A DNA stretch of 64,000 bases. It comes from the human T2T-CHM13v2.0 reference genome, Homo sapiens. Shown one piece after another: positions 41,835 through 55,166 of this stretch (positions are counted from its first letter, which is position 1; the number at the start of each line of letters is the position of its first letter). Both the position numbers and the translations under genes were made by a program. Under the pieces are notes generated by a model. That model was not told the DNA's origin, did no database searches, and was given only the letters and a program-made list of their open reading frames with translations. The stretch is taken from assembly GCF_009914755.1 (NCBI RefSeq), contig NC_060929.1; one strand, 5' to 3'.

Positions 41835-43760
41835 TAAATTTTTATCCTTTTATTTTGGAAATAATATATTCACTTAGTTCAATATTCAAAAGGTACAGAA
41901 AGATATGTAATGAAAAGTCTTCTTTGAACCTCAGTTCCCAAGCCACCCAGTTACCATCTGTAGAGCAATCAATGATATGAGTTTCTCAGTTCATTTGTTG
42001 AAAATCATGTATCTGTTGACTTATGTTGAGGTTTGTGTAAAACCTGTTTTTGTGTGTTTGGGTTTTTCTGTTTGAGTGCTGATATTCAATAAGTATTAAT
42101 CTTCTCTGTGTAACACGTTCTCTAATTGGTGTACCGAACAAAGCAGTGCTAATATCTCTCTGTCCTCCAACCTAATTTCTGATCTATTTCTCTAGGCGTA
42201 TTTTGTGCATATACAAGCAGATATTAATATATAATATCCCCCTCTTCTGTGAATAATAATGTACTATATACACTGTCCTGTACCCTGTTTTTATTTTTCA
42301 CCCAGCAATATATCTTGGAGATCGTTCCATGTCAGTGATACGGACAGGAGGCAGGGAAATACTGGGTAGAGGAGGGCGGTCCCCGGTGAGAGACCCACCC
42401 TCAAGCCTGGACCCGCAGCCCAAAATGAGAACTTTACATCCTCCTTTTCCTGCTCAAATGTTGCCTTTTCCAAAACCACCCTGGACTGCCCCATCCCACA
42501 TCCTATACCTATAAAAACCCAGCCTCCACTTGGCAGTGGTGCAGCAGAGGAGAGAAGAGAAGCAGCTGGATATCAGAGAGAAACAGCTTGACTTGAGAGG
42601 GACAGCTTGACGGTGGGACCTCAGAGAAGAGTTGGGCCAGGGACGGCCAAACTCCAGGGGAAGACCACCTTCCGGCTCCATCCTCTTTCCAGCTCTCCAT
42701 CCCACTGAGAGCCACTTTCATCAGCAATAAAATCTCCTGCGTTTACCATCTTCAATTCGTTTGTGTGACCTGATTCTTCCTGACACCAAGCAAGAGCTCA
42801 GGATACAGACGGCTGTTACACTGAGATGTTAAACACTTAAGCTGTCCACAAACAGCAAAGCTAAAGCGCACATTGTAACACACGCACTCTGGGGCTCCAG
42901 GGGTCGCGGGTATCCCCCTAGGTGCTGCCGCAGGGCCGCAAAGAGTTCTGTTCTTGCCAGCGCCCAGAAGCACTTGTCCCGGCCCCTGCACCCACTCACC
43001 TGCATGCTTCCCCACCTGTGAGGGGTTGAGAACTGCAGGCTGAGTAAACCAGCCACCTCTTTCATGAGTCCCGTGAAGTGGTCAGGGAAAATTTCCTGTT
43101 TCATCAGCTCATAAAGAATATCCCCATTCTTTTCTGGGGCTAAGGGTATCTTGTTGTTTGACTTTAGTATTATTTTACCAGTCCACTACTGGTAGACATT
43201 TAGGTTGCTTTTCATCTTTTGCTCATGCAAGCAATGCTGCCACACATATCCTTGTGTATGTGTCAACTTACAAATGCTTGAACATGTCTAAAGATTAAAT
43301 TTTTACAAGTAGAATTGCTGGGTCAAAGAAAATCCATTTGTAAATGTGATAGATATCATCAAATTATCCTCCATAAAAGTGGTGCCAATTCACATCTCTC
43401 TGTAATATAGAAAATCTTGAAGATCTCCTTGATTTTGCCACATAGTGTTAACAATCTTTCTGACCTTGAACAATCTGATAGACAAAAAGTTCTGTTTCAA
43501 TAAAGTTTTATTTATATTTCTCTTGAAATGGGATTGCACATTATCGTATATATTTAAGACCCTCTTGTACTTCTTTTTTCTGTGAACTATAAGTTCATAT
43601 CCTTTGCACATTTTTTTCTTGGGTTATAGATCTTTTTCATTTTGATTTTAGGAGGTTTATATATAGCCTATATAATTATATATAGTTATATATAGATTAG
43701 GACAATTAACCCTTAGTCTATGATATGAGCTGCAAATATTTTTTCCAAGTTTATTATTAT
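41835..43760 (-). mobile_element. Old L1MC/ME 3' region, interrupted at ~41990-42185 and by LTR1
   Basis: tcaaaaggtacagaaagatat.., ggtagacatttaggttg, agtagaattgctgggtcaaag, gcaaatattttttcc. Confidence 0.7.
42336..43103 (+). mobile_element. LTR1-family solo LTR
   Basis: tgatacggacaggaggcagggaaatactgggtagaggagggcgg..ttcctgtttca; TATA ctataaaaa at ~42509, AATAAA at ~42726; TSD tcag (42332-35 / 43104-07). Confidence 0.88.
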
Positions 43761-46700
43761 GGAACATGTCTTATATTACCTATTTTTATATTTTATTGAG
43801 GTGTAATATACATACAAAGTGAAGACTCCCATGTATCCATCACCCAGATAAGAAATATAATAATATTTTCAGCATTCATAGACATATTTTTAATTGCAAG
43901 AAGTTCAACAATAAATCTTTCAAATAGGTGAATCATTTTGGACAGATTAGAGACTATAGACAATTAACATTTTAATTTTGATTAATTCTCATTATTTATT
44001 TAGTAGGATTGTTTGGATAGTAATATTAAAAAGTTGTATTTTGTACAGGAGCAGAAAATTGTAGGGAATAATGACGTTTCTGGCTAGATTGCATATTTTA
44101 ACACTCGCCTACTCATATTCTCTGATAAGGTAAAACACACCCTAAAGTAAGTGCTATGAAAGGAGCCTTGAAGAATGTTCATTTTTGATGGACCCTAGAA
44201 GGATAATTCACCATTTTGCTCTTGGAGCAAAGATCTAGGGATGTTCTATTGAACTCACATTTGCTGATGATTACTTGAGGGTTTCTGATGCATTTTAAAT
44301 AATATGGAAGATTTTCTTGTTTGGGTCAATGATTCATTCAAATGCTTATTTCCTCTAACTGTTCTAAATGATTGTCCATTGAAACATCTTTTCAAGTTCA
44401 GCACTGAGAGTCTTTGGCAGCAGCACTCAAACAATTTCAAGACTCAACACAGCATCAAAAAGGCCTCTTTCAAATATCTTGATTTAAAAGGCATGCATAC
44501 AGAAATTTTGACCCTAGACCATAACTAATAGCTGTTAAAAGAAGAACTCTTCTTTGAATAAATGTACTCCAGCCATAATCTCAGATTGGTACAATTACAT
44601 TTTTTCTTCCTGTTATAACTTCATTTTTAATAAGAAATCCCACACCCAACTCAGATGAGAAATACCTAACTTTATAGCATATTGGTAGCCCATGAAAATC
44701 ACAAATGAGGAACAAAAAAGCTCCCAAGTCAGGCAATTCAAGTAAGCTATCCAAGTACAATATCTTCTGGCCTAAATTTGTTCAGTACTGATTTTTGCCT
44801 TAGGTGGAAACCCTGGAGAATCATGAAGAAAATGTATTAATTCTGTAAATTTAGCTGGGATTTTTTTTTGCTGCTTTACATAGCAAACACACCAAAGACT
44901 TCTTTCTTGCCCAGCATTATTGTTAAACTGCCATGCCCTTTGTATAATAAGACTTTCCAAAAATATGATGAAATCGGAAAACCAAGGGTACAGTGATTAA
45001 GAGAATAACTAGAAACAACGTATGTGAGAATTTCTGACAAGGAAAGAGCTTCTCCTGCTGTGAGAGATTTTCACCTCTCTCTTTTTGTAGCAAGCAGAAT
45101 GTGAAATAGCGGGAGCCTGAAACCCTCTGATCATCCCCAGGACAAGAATAGCATTATCCTGTGTTGATATTCAAATATGTACTCCGTGTGAGTGCTCTGA
45201 ATAGCTGAGAGCATCTTGCAAACTTCAGTAAGAATGGGACAAACACCAACTCTTTTGAAACTAGTTCAGTATTTCCAAATACCCAATTCATCTCTCTTAG
45301 TCGAATTTGATCAAGGGCTACGTGTTTGCAAAATACAAAGGCAGGCAATGCTTTTCATCAGTATCATCCTGTTTTGCATCCTTTGCCACATTGTTTGCAC
45401 TCACAATCCAGCCCAAAGCACTGAGAACCCTTGGCCAAACTTCTACGAAAACACCTGCTCTTGGCTCCACCATGAAGAAGCAATAGGGTGGAAGAAATGC
45501 TGAACAGATATCTAGGTTTTTATAGTCCTGACTCTGAAGCAAAGTAGATGTCAAAGTAGATGTTTCTCCCTGCTATTTCTGTCTCAGTGGTCTCTAAGTA
45601 CCCCAGATCATCAGCATTCTGTATTTTACACTAAAGTATAAATGACTAATAATCAAACTGGCTACTTCATCCCTCCCAATGTAAGCTCAAAACCTGAAAA
45701 AAGAAATCTTCCCTTCTTATCAGCCTGCTTGTTGGAATTGTTAGAAGGGAAGATCAAGCAAGGAGGAACCACAGAGGCATGCAGAAAGAGAAATGTTGAA
45801 AAGAGGACATCAGAGACTGTATTGGGCTATTTCTGTTGCTGCTGCTCCTTCTAAAGATGCCGGTACAAACTGGAGGCGGCTAGAGGCTGGGTTATATAAA
45901 TATATGGCTTACATGTTGCCAGTCTAAAAATATTTTATTGGCCCAAATTTCTATAGCTCTGATATTTCTTTTGATCCTCTACTGATACTAATAGTAATCT
46001 TCCACCTATCAAAATTTCACCCAAATAACTGGCATAAAGACAGACGTATAGACCACTGGAATAGAATAGAGAGCTCAGAAATAAACCCTCATACACATAG
46101 TCAAATGATTTTCAGCAAGGGTGCCAAGACCATTCAATGAGGGAAAGGAAAGTCTTTTCAACAAATGGTACTAGAATAACTGGATATCCACATGCAAAAG
46201 AATGAAGCTAGATCCTTATCTAATTCCATATGCAAAAATTAACTCAAAATGGATCAAGAAGTTAAACATAAAATCTAAAACTACAAAACTCAAAAGAAAC
46301 TATAGGGCAAACTCCTCACCACATTGGATTTGTCAATGATTTCTTGGATATGACACCAAGGATGCAATCAACAAAAGAAAAAAATAGACATTAGGCTTCA
46401 TTAAAATTAAAAACTTTTGTGCATTGATGGATGTCATTAACAGAGTGAAAAGGCAACCTACTGAATAGGAGAATATATTGCAAATCATATATCTAATAAG
46501 GGATCAATATTCAGAATATATAGAAAAAACTCCTAAAGCTCAACAGCAAAAAAACAAACAACCAGATTCAAAATGGACAAGGGACTTGAATAGACATTTC
46601 TCAAAAGAATATATATAACTGATCAACAAGCACATGAAAAGATGCTCAATGTCACTAATCGCTAGGGAAATAGAAATCAAAACCACAATGTGATACCATC

Positions 46701-46924
46701 TCACACCCATTTGGATGACTACTACCAATAAAACAGAAAATAACAAGGTTTGGTGAGGATGTGGAGAAATTAGAACACTGTGCACAGCCCATGGGAATGT
46801 AAAATGGCACAGTCAATGTGGAAACCAGTATGGTGTTTCCTCAAAAAATTAAAAATAGAATGACAGTATGATCCAGTCATTCTACTTCTGAGTATATATC
46901 CAAAAGAATTGAAAGTAGGGTTTC

Positions 46925-47215
46925 AGCCAGGTATAGTGGCTCATGCCTGTAATCCCAGCAAACTTGGGAGGCTGAGGTGGAAGGATTACCTGGGGTCAGG
47001 AGTTCAAGACCAGCCTGGGCAACATAGCAAGACCCCATCTCTAAAAAATAAATAAACTTACCTGGGTGTGGTGGCCATGCATCTGTAGCCCCAGGTACTC
47101 AGAGGCTGAGGCGGGAGGATCCCTTGGGCCCAAGAGTTGGAGCTGCAGTGAGCCATGATCACTCCAGCCTGTGAAACAGATCAAGACCCAACTCTAAACA
47201 AAATTTCAAAAACAG
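46925..47215 (+). mobile_element. AluJ-like
   Basis: Diverged Alu dimer, gggaggatcccttgggccc. Confidence 0.88.
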
Positions 47216-47618
47216 AAGGAAAGGTCTGAAAGGGATATTTGTACATTCACGTTCATAGAAATATTATTCACAACTGCTAAAACATGAAAGCAACTCAAGT
47301 GACCATCAACAGATGAATGGATAAGCAAAATGTGATATATACATACAAGGAAGTATTATTCAGCCTTAAAAAGGAAAGGAATTCTGATATATGCTACAAC
47401 ATGGTTGAACCTTGAGGACATTATGCTAAGGGGAATAGGCCAGTCACAAAAAGACAAATACTATATGATTTTACTTATATGAGGTACCTAGGGGAGTCAA
47501 ACTGATAGACACAGAAGGTAGAATGGTGACTGCCTGGGGCTGGCAGTGGAGGTGAGTGATTGCATTGTTATTTAATGGGTATAGGGTTTCAGTTTTGCCA
47601 GATGAAAAGAGCTCTGTA

Positions 47619-47972
<354 letters not shown>

Positions 47973-49074
47973 TTAATACCACTGCACTATACGCTTAAAA
48001 TAATTAAGATGGTAAATCTTATGATAGGTGCATTTTACCACAATAAAAAATATCGAAGAAAAAAGTTTCACCGGAAGAATCTGCGAATTAATTTTAACCA
48101 GGTAGGAGGTACTCTTTGAACTTCAGGCCACAAATTCCTTTAACAGGCTATGAAATCCACATTATTCATTAGAAGTCAACACCATGTTTGACCTATAGCA
48201 GATGTTCAATAAATACTGGTTGAATAAAGACAAAAATGTTGGTTGAAAAATTTTTTCTTCTTTCTTACTCCTTTTTTCCCCCATTGCTTAATGAAAGAAA
48301 GAGAAATTAAAATCTGATTTCAGTAGAGTGTTAGAAAAAGGGATAGTCACAGGAATTATTCATCATGCTGCAATACTCAAAGCTAGCAGCTGTGAGAAGG
48401 TTTTTAATGGCCACTGATTTGAATTCTGAAACTATCTTCTTCTAAGATAGAAGTCCTCAGCCCAGCTGCACACTTAAATAATCTGGGCCACTTGAAAACA
48501 ATGCAGATGTCCAGGTCCTACCCTAGAATAACTAAGCCAGTTTCTAAGCATTAGTATGTTTCATAATGACTCCATATGGTTGTAATGCACCGTGCAGTTT
48601 CTAGGAGCAGCATATCCCCAGAGATGATTTAAGACAAGTTGGAAGACAATTATTAATACAATGTGAAGAATAAGCTAGAGAAATATTAAGCTATGGTATC
48701 ACAACAATTTAGTATAAATTATTGAAAAAGGTATCAAATTATCTTTTTCAGTCACTGACTCATTTCTTTATTTCTGTTTTTCTTTTTTCCTATGAGTTAT
48801 TCAAGCAATTGTCCTTATATACTGTTCTGCCCCATTTCCTGAATCCATACCAAGGAAGCAGTAACAATATTTAGAGCCTACTGCTATCACTTGATGACAT
48901 TTGTACTTTTGGCCAAGTCACAACTTTAGTACACTTCCTGTTCAACAGTCTATGCCTTAAAAAATAATAACTAATGTTTATCGAGTGCTTACTGTATGCC
49001 AATATGCTATTCTAAGTGCTTTATATATATATATATATATACTAACCTTCATTACAATGCTATGAATTAGGTGC

Positions 49075-49368
49075 TTTTTTTTTTTTTTTTAGACGGAGTC
49101 TCGCTCTGTCGCCCAGGCTGGAGTGCAGTGGCAAGATCTCAGCTCACTGCAACCTCCACCTCCCAGGTTCAAGCAATTCTCTGCCTCAGCCTTCTGAGTA
49201 GCTGGGATTACAAGCACGCGCCACCACATCCGGCTAATTTTTGTATTTTTAGTAGAGACGGGGTTTCACCATATCGGCCATGCTGGTCTTGAACTCCTGA
49301 CCTCGTGATCCACCCGCCTCAGCCTCCCAAAGTGCTGGGATTATGGGAATGAGCCACCGCGCCCGGCC
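49075..49368 (-). mobile_element. AluS (Sc/Sg-like) inserted in a MIR (~48970-49440)
   Basis: Full dimer; the flanks read as a minus-strand MIR (tttatcgagtgcttactgtatgcc..|..tattattatgcctgttttaca). Confidence 0.92.
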
Positions 49369-49604
49369 ATGTGCTATTATTATGCCTGTTTTACATGTAA
49401 GAGAACTCAGACATAGAGGGGTAAAGTCACTAAGTGGTGGACTTGGGAGACCATCCCTGGTTGTTCAGCAGGCAAGTCTCTGCATGTCTCCAGATTCACT
49501 CCTTTTCACTGACCCTAGAGTGCCAAAGTCCCAGCATATTTTGCAGCTGAGCCAACCCTCAATCAACAACTTGATGAATGTATTTCATTAGAATTAGCCA
49601 ATGA

Positions 49605-49860
49605 CATTAATACTATTAATACAATTAAATTCTCACTGTGCTATGCACAGTTGCAAATCCCTTTATATAGACTATCTCATTTGATCCTCACAATAACTCT
49701 ATTAGCTAATGTGATAATTAGCTCTATTATTCACAGGTAATGAAACAATAGTACAAAGAGATAAAAATAAAATAACTAGCCCCAAATCACAGAGGTAGAG
49801 AGGGGCAGAGTCTGAACTCAATATCAGGACTCCGACTCTCTTACCTACCATGCTATACTG
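49605..49860 (-). mobile_element. MIR
   Basis: tctcatttgatcctcacaataactct..cccaaatcacag..ggcagagtctgaactc. Confidence 0.65.
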
Positions 49861-50184
49861 CCTGTTAAGAAAAAAATGTTAAGTGTCTCTACATAATTTA
49901 GCAACTCTAATAAAGAGCTGTAGTTTGGGATGTGGGTTTTCTTTAATGTAGACTTTGAAAATTCAAGATTCATGACATGAATTTCTTTGTATTTCTGGAA
50001 ACATAGGAACCATGCATTTCTCATCACCTGGTGGCAGTTCCCTTAATTTTAAGAAAAGGATTTGAGTAAAGCTGTACACAGAATATGAAAATCTAGTCCG
50101 GATGTGCAGTAGGCCACTCTCATTGGCTTGCATTGACTCAGGAAAGCTAATTATATGCAGCTTTCAGCTCCAAAATGCTATCAC

Positions 50185-50312
50185 ACTGGTAGGTTGAAAC
50201 CAACCACAGTGAATGGGTGTATTTAACATCATGGAAACTGGCAAATGCTACAAATCAGAACTCCTCCTCCCCACCCAAAGAGCCAGTTTTTAAACCTCCA
50301 TGAGGACACTAC
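50185..50312. mobile_element. MER63-like hAT fragment
   Basis: gtatttaacatcatggaaactggcaaatgctacaaatcag. Confidence 0.5.
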
Positions 50313-52323
50313 TGCCTAAAGTTATAAAATGAAAAATGAAAAATATTTTAGTAATTTAAAATGAAGGAGCCTGTTGTCATTTTTGGAAGTTATTAACATT
50401 GTACTTACTTTTAATTGAAATTTTGCTTATAGGAAATTAAAGAGTAAAATTTATTTCGTTTTAAAAATGTCACTAAATGTCAAGTGCTTTATCTGTTAAC
50501 TTGGTTTAGCTTTAGAATAGCTATTGAAGATGGTTTTACTCTGATTTTTGCAACTGACATATTATTTTGGCCACTAGCCAGGAGTCTTATATAATGATTT
50601 CATCTTACAAATCCCAGTGCATATTAGAACATTAATTTTCTATCTCCTCTTGCCTTTGTTTAGATTTATATAACTAAATAATTAAAATACTTTAGATGTG
50701 CTACCTTGAAAGGAGTAAATGTGAAATATCTGAAAAGAACTAGGATAGACATGGCTTGAACCCTTGCTTTTTGAAACAAGTATATGTTTGAGTTTTAGAG
50801 TAATTCTCCCTCCTGCTGTTTAATAAAATGGAATGTTTTATCAATTTATGTGAATTTATGTGACATTTCAAATATTCAATATATATCATTGCTGCTGAAT
50901 ACCTCCCTCAGCACTACCACTTTAACACCACCCTGCCCCCTGAAGATCTAGGGCTCATCCATCCATCTGGGACGTCAGGATTAGCATTTGTCAGTCATGG
51001 GCTGGAACTGGTTACTCTGCTGAAGATGCCTCAGCATACTGACATCTAGAGTGATAATTCCATGGAGGAAAGCTGAGGTTCAAGGACATTGAGAGGAGTT
51101 GAAGCGGGGGCTGACAGAACTAGGGATTCAGATCTAGGTCCACAAGGTCAGGAGTTATCAAGGTAATTGTCCAGACCCCAGTAGGGACTTTTAACTCACC
51201 TTATGGTCTGAAGGTTTATTTTACATACATGTTCAAAGAGGATTAAAAGCCTAGGTTCAATTGTATAGTCTCCCTATAGGATGAAACCTCTATGAAGGCA
51301 GTCTTTGTCTGGCTCTTTCCCGTATCTACAGCATGTGAAACTCTGCCTGCCCCATAGTCAGTGGTCACATTTAGTTATCGTAAAGATTTGTGAAGTGAAT
51401 GAATGAATACATGCTTGGCCCTATTGTGAAGCAGATGAGTTTTTTTTTAACCCTTCTGTCTGGTTATTTTATTTCTTTAGTATCGGTTTACCTCTAGTGT
51501 GCAGAGGGAATTTTTTTTCTCTTCAAAAATTATAGCATTTTTCCTAAAAACTGTTCTGCAGCATACTAGTTCTGAGAGATACTATTGCAAAAAGCTTAAT
51601 GATAAAATAAAATGGAAAAATGATGAGTTAAAGAAAATTTAAAAGCATTATCTAATGCTGAGCTTCTCAGAGCTCTTACTGTGCTACTCTGCATATTGAA
51701 TCTCTTAAAAAAGGAGAGATGGCATGTCAGGTTTTCCAAAGATGATTTGCCAAGGAGCCCTTTTACAGAGAGAAACTTGGGACAGGTGTTCCAAGGAAAA
51801 AAGATTTGGAAATTTTTGTCTAGAAGTCTAGAGGTTTCTACAATGGTACACTATCTAAATCAATGCATGTGGAATTTCCTCCATGATCTGACTCTTTCTT
51901 GACCTGCTACATACTCCCCTAAAACTTACATCATTTTAATCCATTTCCACCAGTGTCTGCCAGGGAACTGACAAATTTGATAAATTATATTGAGGTAAAA
52001 TGTTAATGCCTGCTAAGAGCTTTCTTGCTTCTCCAAGGCTGCATTGACATTGCAAGGAAGTGTCAGGTGGCCCCAGCCCAAGGGTCAGCCAGTTCAGAAT
52101 TTCAGTCAGGGTCAATCAATGGAATGGGAGCAGAAAGTGTGCTAAAAATGAGGAACAATTTGGCTTGGAGACAAAATTTTTTGGTACCCTCTTAAATCAT
52201 ACCCTTTAGGGATCCACTCTTCTCTGTTCGTAAACAGCAAGTTAGTTATAATTCCTGGTGTCAGACTAGTTGGGGGAAGTGTTTTTTGGTTTTTTTTTTC
52301 TTCAGTATCAGAGGGAGATACCA

Positions 52324-52431
52324 GTAGAGTAACCAACTATCTCAAGTTTCCCCAGATTGAGGGGTTTGTCGGGACTTAACCATACTAAAACCAGGAAAAT
52401 CCTAGGCAAACCATGACAAGTTGGTCACCTT
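52324..52431. mobile_element. MER81 hAT-Blackjack miniature element
   Basis: Inverted termini tagagtaaccaact / agttggtcacct; about 110 bp. Confidence 0.7.
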
Positions 52432-52914
52432 CACAGAGCCGTCACTTCAGAAACTGAAATAGCTCTGTAGGTTCCTAAAATGTTTGGAATCAGAAACTTC
52501 AATTGTCAGCCACATACACAATATTTTCCACAGATGTTGCAGAAATGCATTTTTGAGCTTATTTGCATATGATGAAAAAAAAACACTTATTATATGCTTT
52601 CGATCATTTGAAACCTAATTATTCAATTGGTACAAGGCCTGAGTCCTTCACTTACCCACTCCTCTTCCACATGCCTTTTCGGGTACTTCTCTGCTTTTTT
52701 GCAGAAGCACTAGAGGGTATGGAAGCTGGAAGGGGACCTGTTGATTCCAGTAGACTGGGGCTACTTGCCGTTCTCATCCTGCTTTTCCTCATTCCCCAGT
52801 CTCTCTAACCTACTGAGATGTGATCTGGGCTTTCTATCATTATGTTTTATCTCTCTTTCTTTTACCTTTTGTTTTGTTTTGCTTTCCTTGGATTCCCTAA
52901 TCTTTTCATGAAAA

Positions 52915-53130
52915 ATGAGAATAACATCCAAAATTTACTATGTGTCATGCACTGTGCTATAGACTTTGTACACATTATTTTTGTCTACTTTTCATAGTGC
53001 CTAAGATGGAAGTAATAAATTTATCTCCATTTTAGGAATGATACAGGTTAAGCAACTTGCCCAAGGTCATATAGCTGATAGAAGATGAAATTACGATGCA
53101 AACCCAGGTTATCTGGCTCTGAGCCAGTAT
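52915..53130 (-). mobile_element. MIR
   Basis: aggttaagcaacttgcccaaggtcatatagct core. Confidence 0.75.
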
Positions 53131-53907
53131 TCCTAAACTGTGACCTACGCACCTGTCTCTGTGGCTTTCCAAGGTTTGAGAGAAACCTGGTGAGACTTTG
53201 CAACCACTGGCTGTCATCATCAGGTGGGATGAATCTGAATGTTGGAAAAACTCACACCAGACTATCAGATATTTGTGTTGGACTCAGACCTATTTTGATA
53301 GCTGAATTCCTCTTTGCTCTCTGGCTAGTCCTTCTCAGTTTCATTTGTACACTTTGCCTCTCACTAGTCATTATATGATGGGATTCCTCAAGTTTCATTC
53401 CTAGCCCTCTCCTCTTTTCACTCTTTACTCTGTTCTCAGGCCATCCGATCTCTCTACATGTCTCACAAATTTACATCTTCCAAGCTCCCCAGACCCATAC
53501 GTCCAGCTGGCCACTTGCCCTCATATTGGGTGTCCTGAAGGCCCCTTCCACTAAACATATTCAGAATCAAAATAAATGAGCTGCTCCCTGTGCTTGCTTG
53601 CCTATACTTGGAAAACCTGGTTCGTTCCAGTGTTCTCCATGTTACGGCTGCTATGCTATCCAGTTACGCAAGCTGGAAACCTGGGAGTAATCATCATCAT
53701 CTCCTCATCTAAATCCACGACAAATAGTATTAGTCTCTCCAGGGCAACTGATAAAATTTCCTAATAGGTCTACCCACATCCATTCTGGCTTTCTTACAAT
53801 TGTTTTTTATTATAGCCAGAGTAATCTTTTAAAAACGTATCTGACCATATCAGCAGGGTTGTTCCCTTCCAATATCCTCAGCCTCATTTCACACCAAAAT
53901 TATCCAC

Positions 53908-54350
53908 TGTATCAGTCAGCAAGAATTGGATGGAACAATCAAGTTAGATAATTTGAAGGGAGTTTAATAAAGAGGTGGGCAGTGTCAATGGCATGTGGAG
54001 CTAGTAGCAAGGAGGTACGGGGACCATTCAAAACCTGAAGGGGCAAGAGTTACCATAACCAGGAGATGGTAACTGTATGGAAATATTGCCTGGCAGGAGC
54101 CATGACCTTGGGTAGGGAAACACAGATAACCCATGGTGACCTGTCAGGGAGCATGCTGTGGAAATAAGTACTCATACGCATTCATCTCATGTGCAACTCA
54201 TTCTCCTTCTACCCATCCTAGTGCCTGTCATTGACTGAACTCAACTGTAAGTCAGGGGCAAGAGACTACCGTGGAAATGCATGAGCCTCCAGGAGCTGAA
54301 GCAGGAAGAGGCTAGAACATGGGGGAGGAGCAGTCAGAAGCTAGCTAGGA
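53908..54350 (-). mobile_element. Very old MaLR/ERVL LTR, family uncertain
   Basis: tgtatcagtcag start, gagtttaataaag, ccattgactgaac-like 3' block. Confidence 0.45.
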
Positions 54351-55166
54351 TACCTACTAAGTCAGGGTGAAATTTCAAATATAAAAAGAGAATAAATGCA
54401 AAATAAAAATATCTGAGCAGTCATGACCACAAAATATGAACCTCAGATGAAATAATATCTACTTGATCTTCAGTGTGTAGTTCTAGAACAGAACTTCCCA
54501 AATTTTCAGAGTTCCATTTTTCCACTGGTCATAACTAATGGGTATACTTGCTTGTATGGTCATACCAAAACCTTTTTTTACCAAACAATGGGTGCCCCCT
54601 CACATCTGGGTTAGTCAGTCCAACTCAGAATGTTCTTTCTAACTAAACTTGTCTTAACCAGTTTGAAGATTGTCCCCGCACAACCTTCCTCCCCTTTTCT
54701 TTACTACACTGCTATGAAAGAATTCCCTTCATTTTTATTCTAATGCCTATGAAAGAATTCCTTTCATTTTTGTTCTAATAAAGGAAAACTCTGTTACTTT
54801 TTTTCTTAAACTATTAGACATGTATTGTTTTTCTCTATTTAATAACTGTAAAATGTATCTATGAAAACAAAAATTATTATATAAACACATTAACACTGAA
54901 ACAAAGTGAGTTGTTTAGATTAAATTGACATACCCCTAATAAAATCTAGCAGATGTTTTATAAATATCTGTCAGCTATTTAAATTGTGAGATTCTTATGG
55001 GAAATTACTATTTGTGCTGACTACAATACATATTTAGAATACTTAGGAAACTTTCAAGACTTTCACTTCCAGAAATTTGGCAGGTTTCTTATCCTGAAAA
55101 ACTCCCCTGCTACACCTAGAAAAACTGCATATGGTAGAATAAACATCTTTTAAAATGCATAGATGA

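Noticed and set aside
45216-45503. 95-aa + strand ORF with a hydrophobic stretch
   Set aside because: No recognisable homology, a non-ATG start, and no supporting splice or promoter context on that strand.
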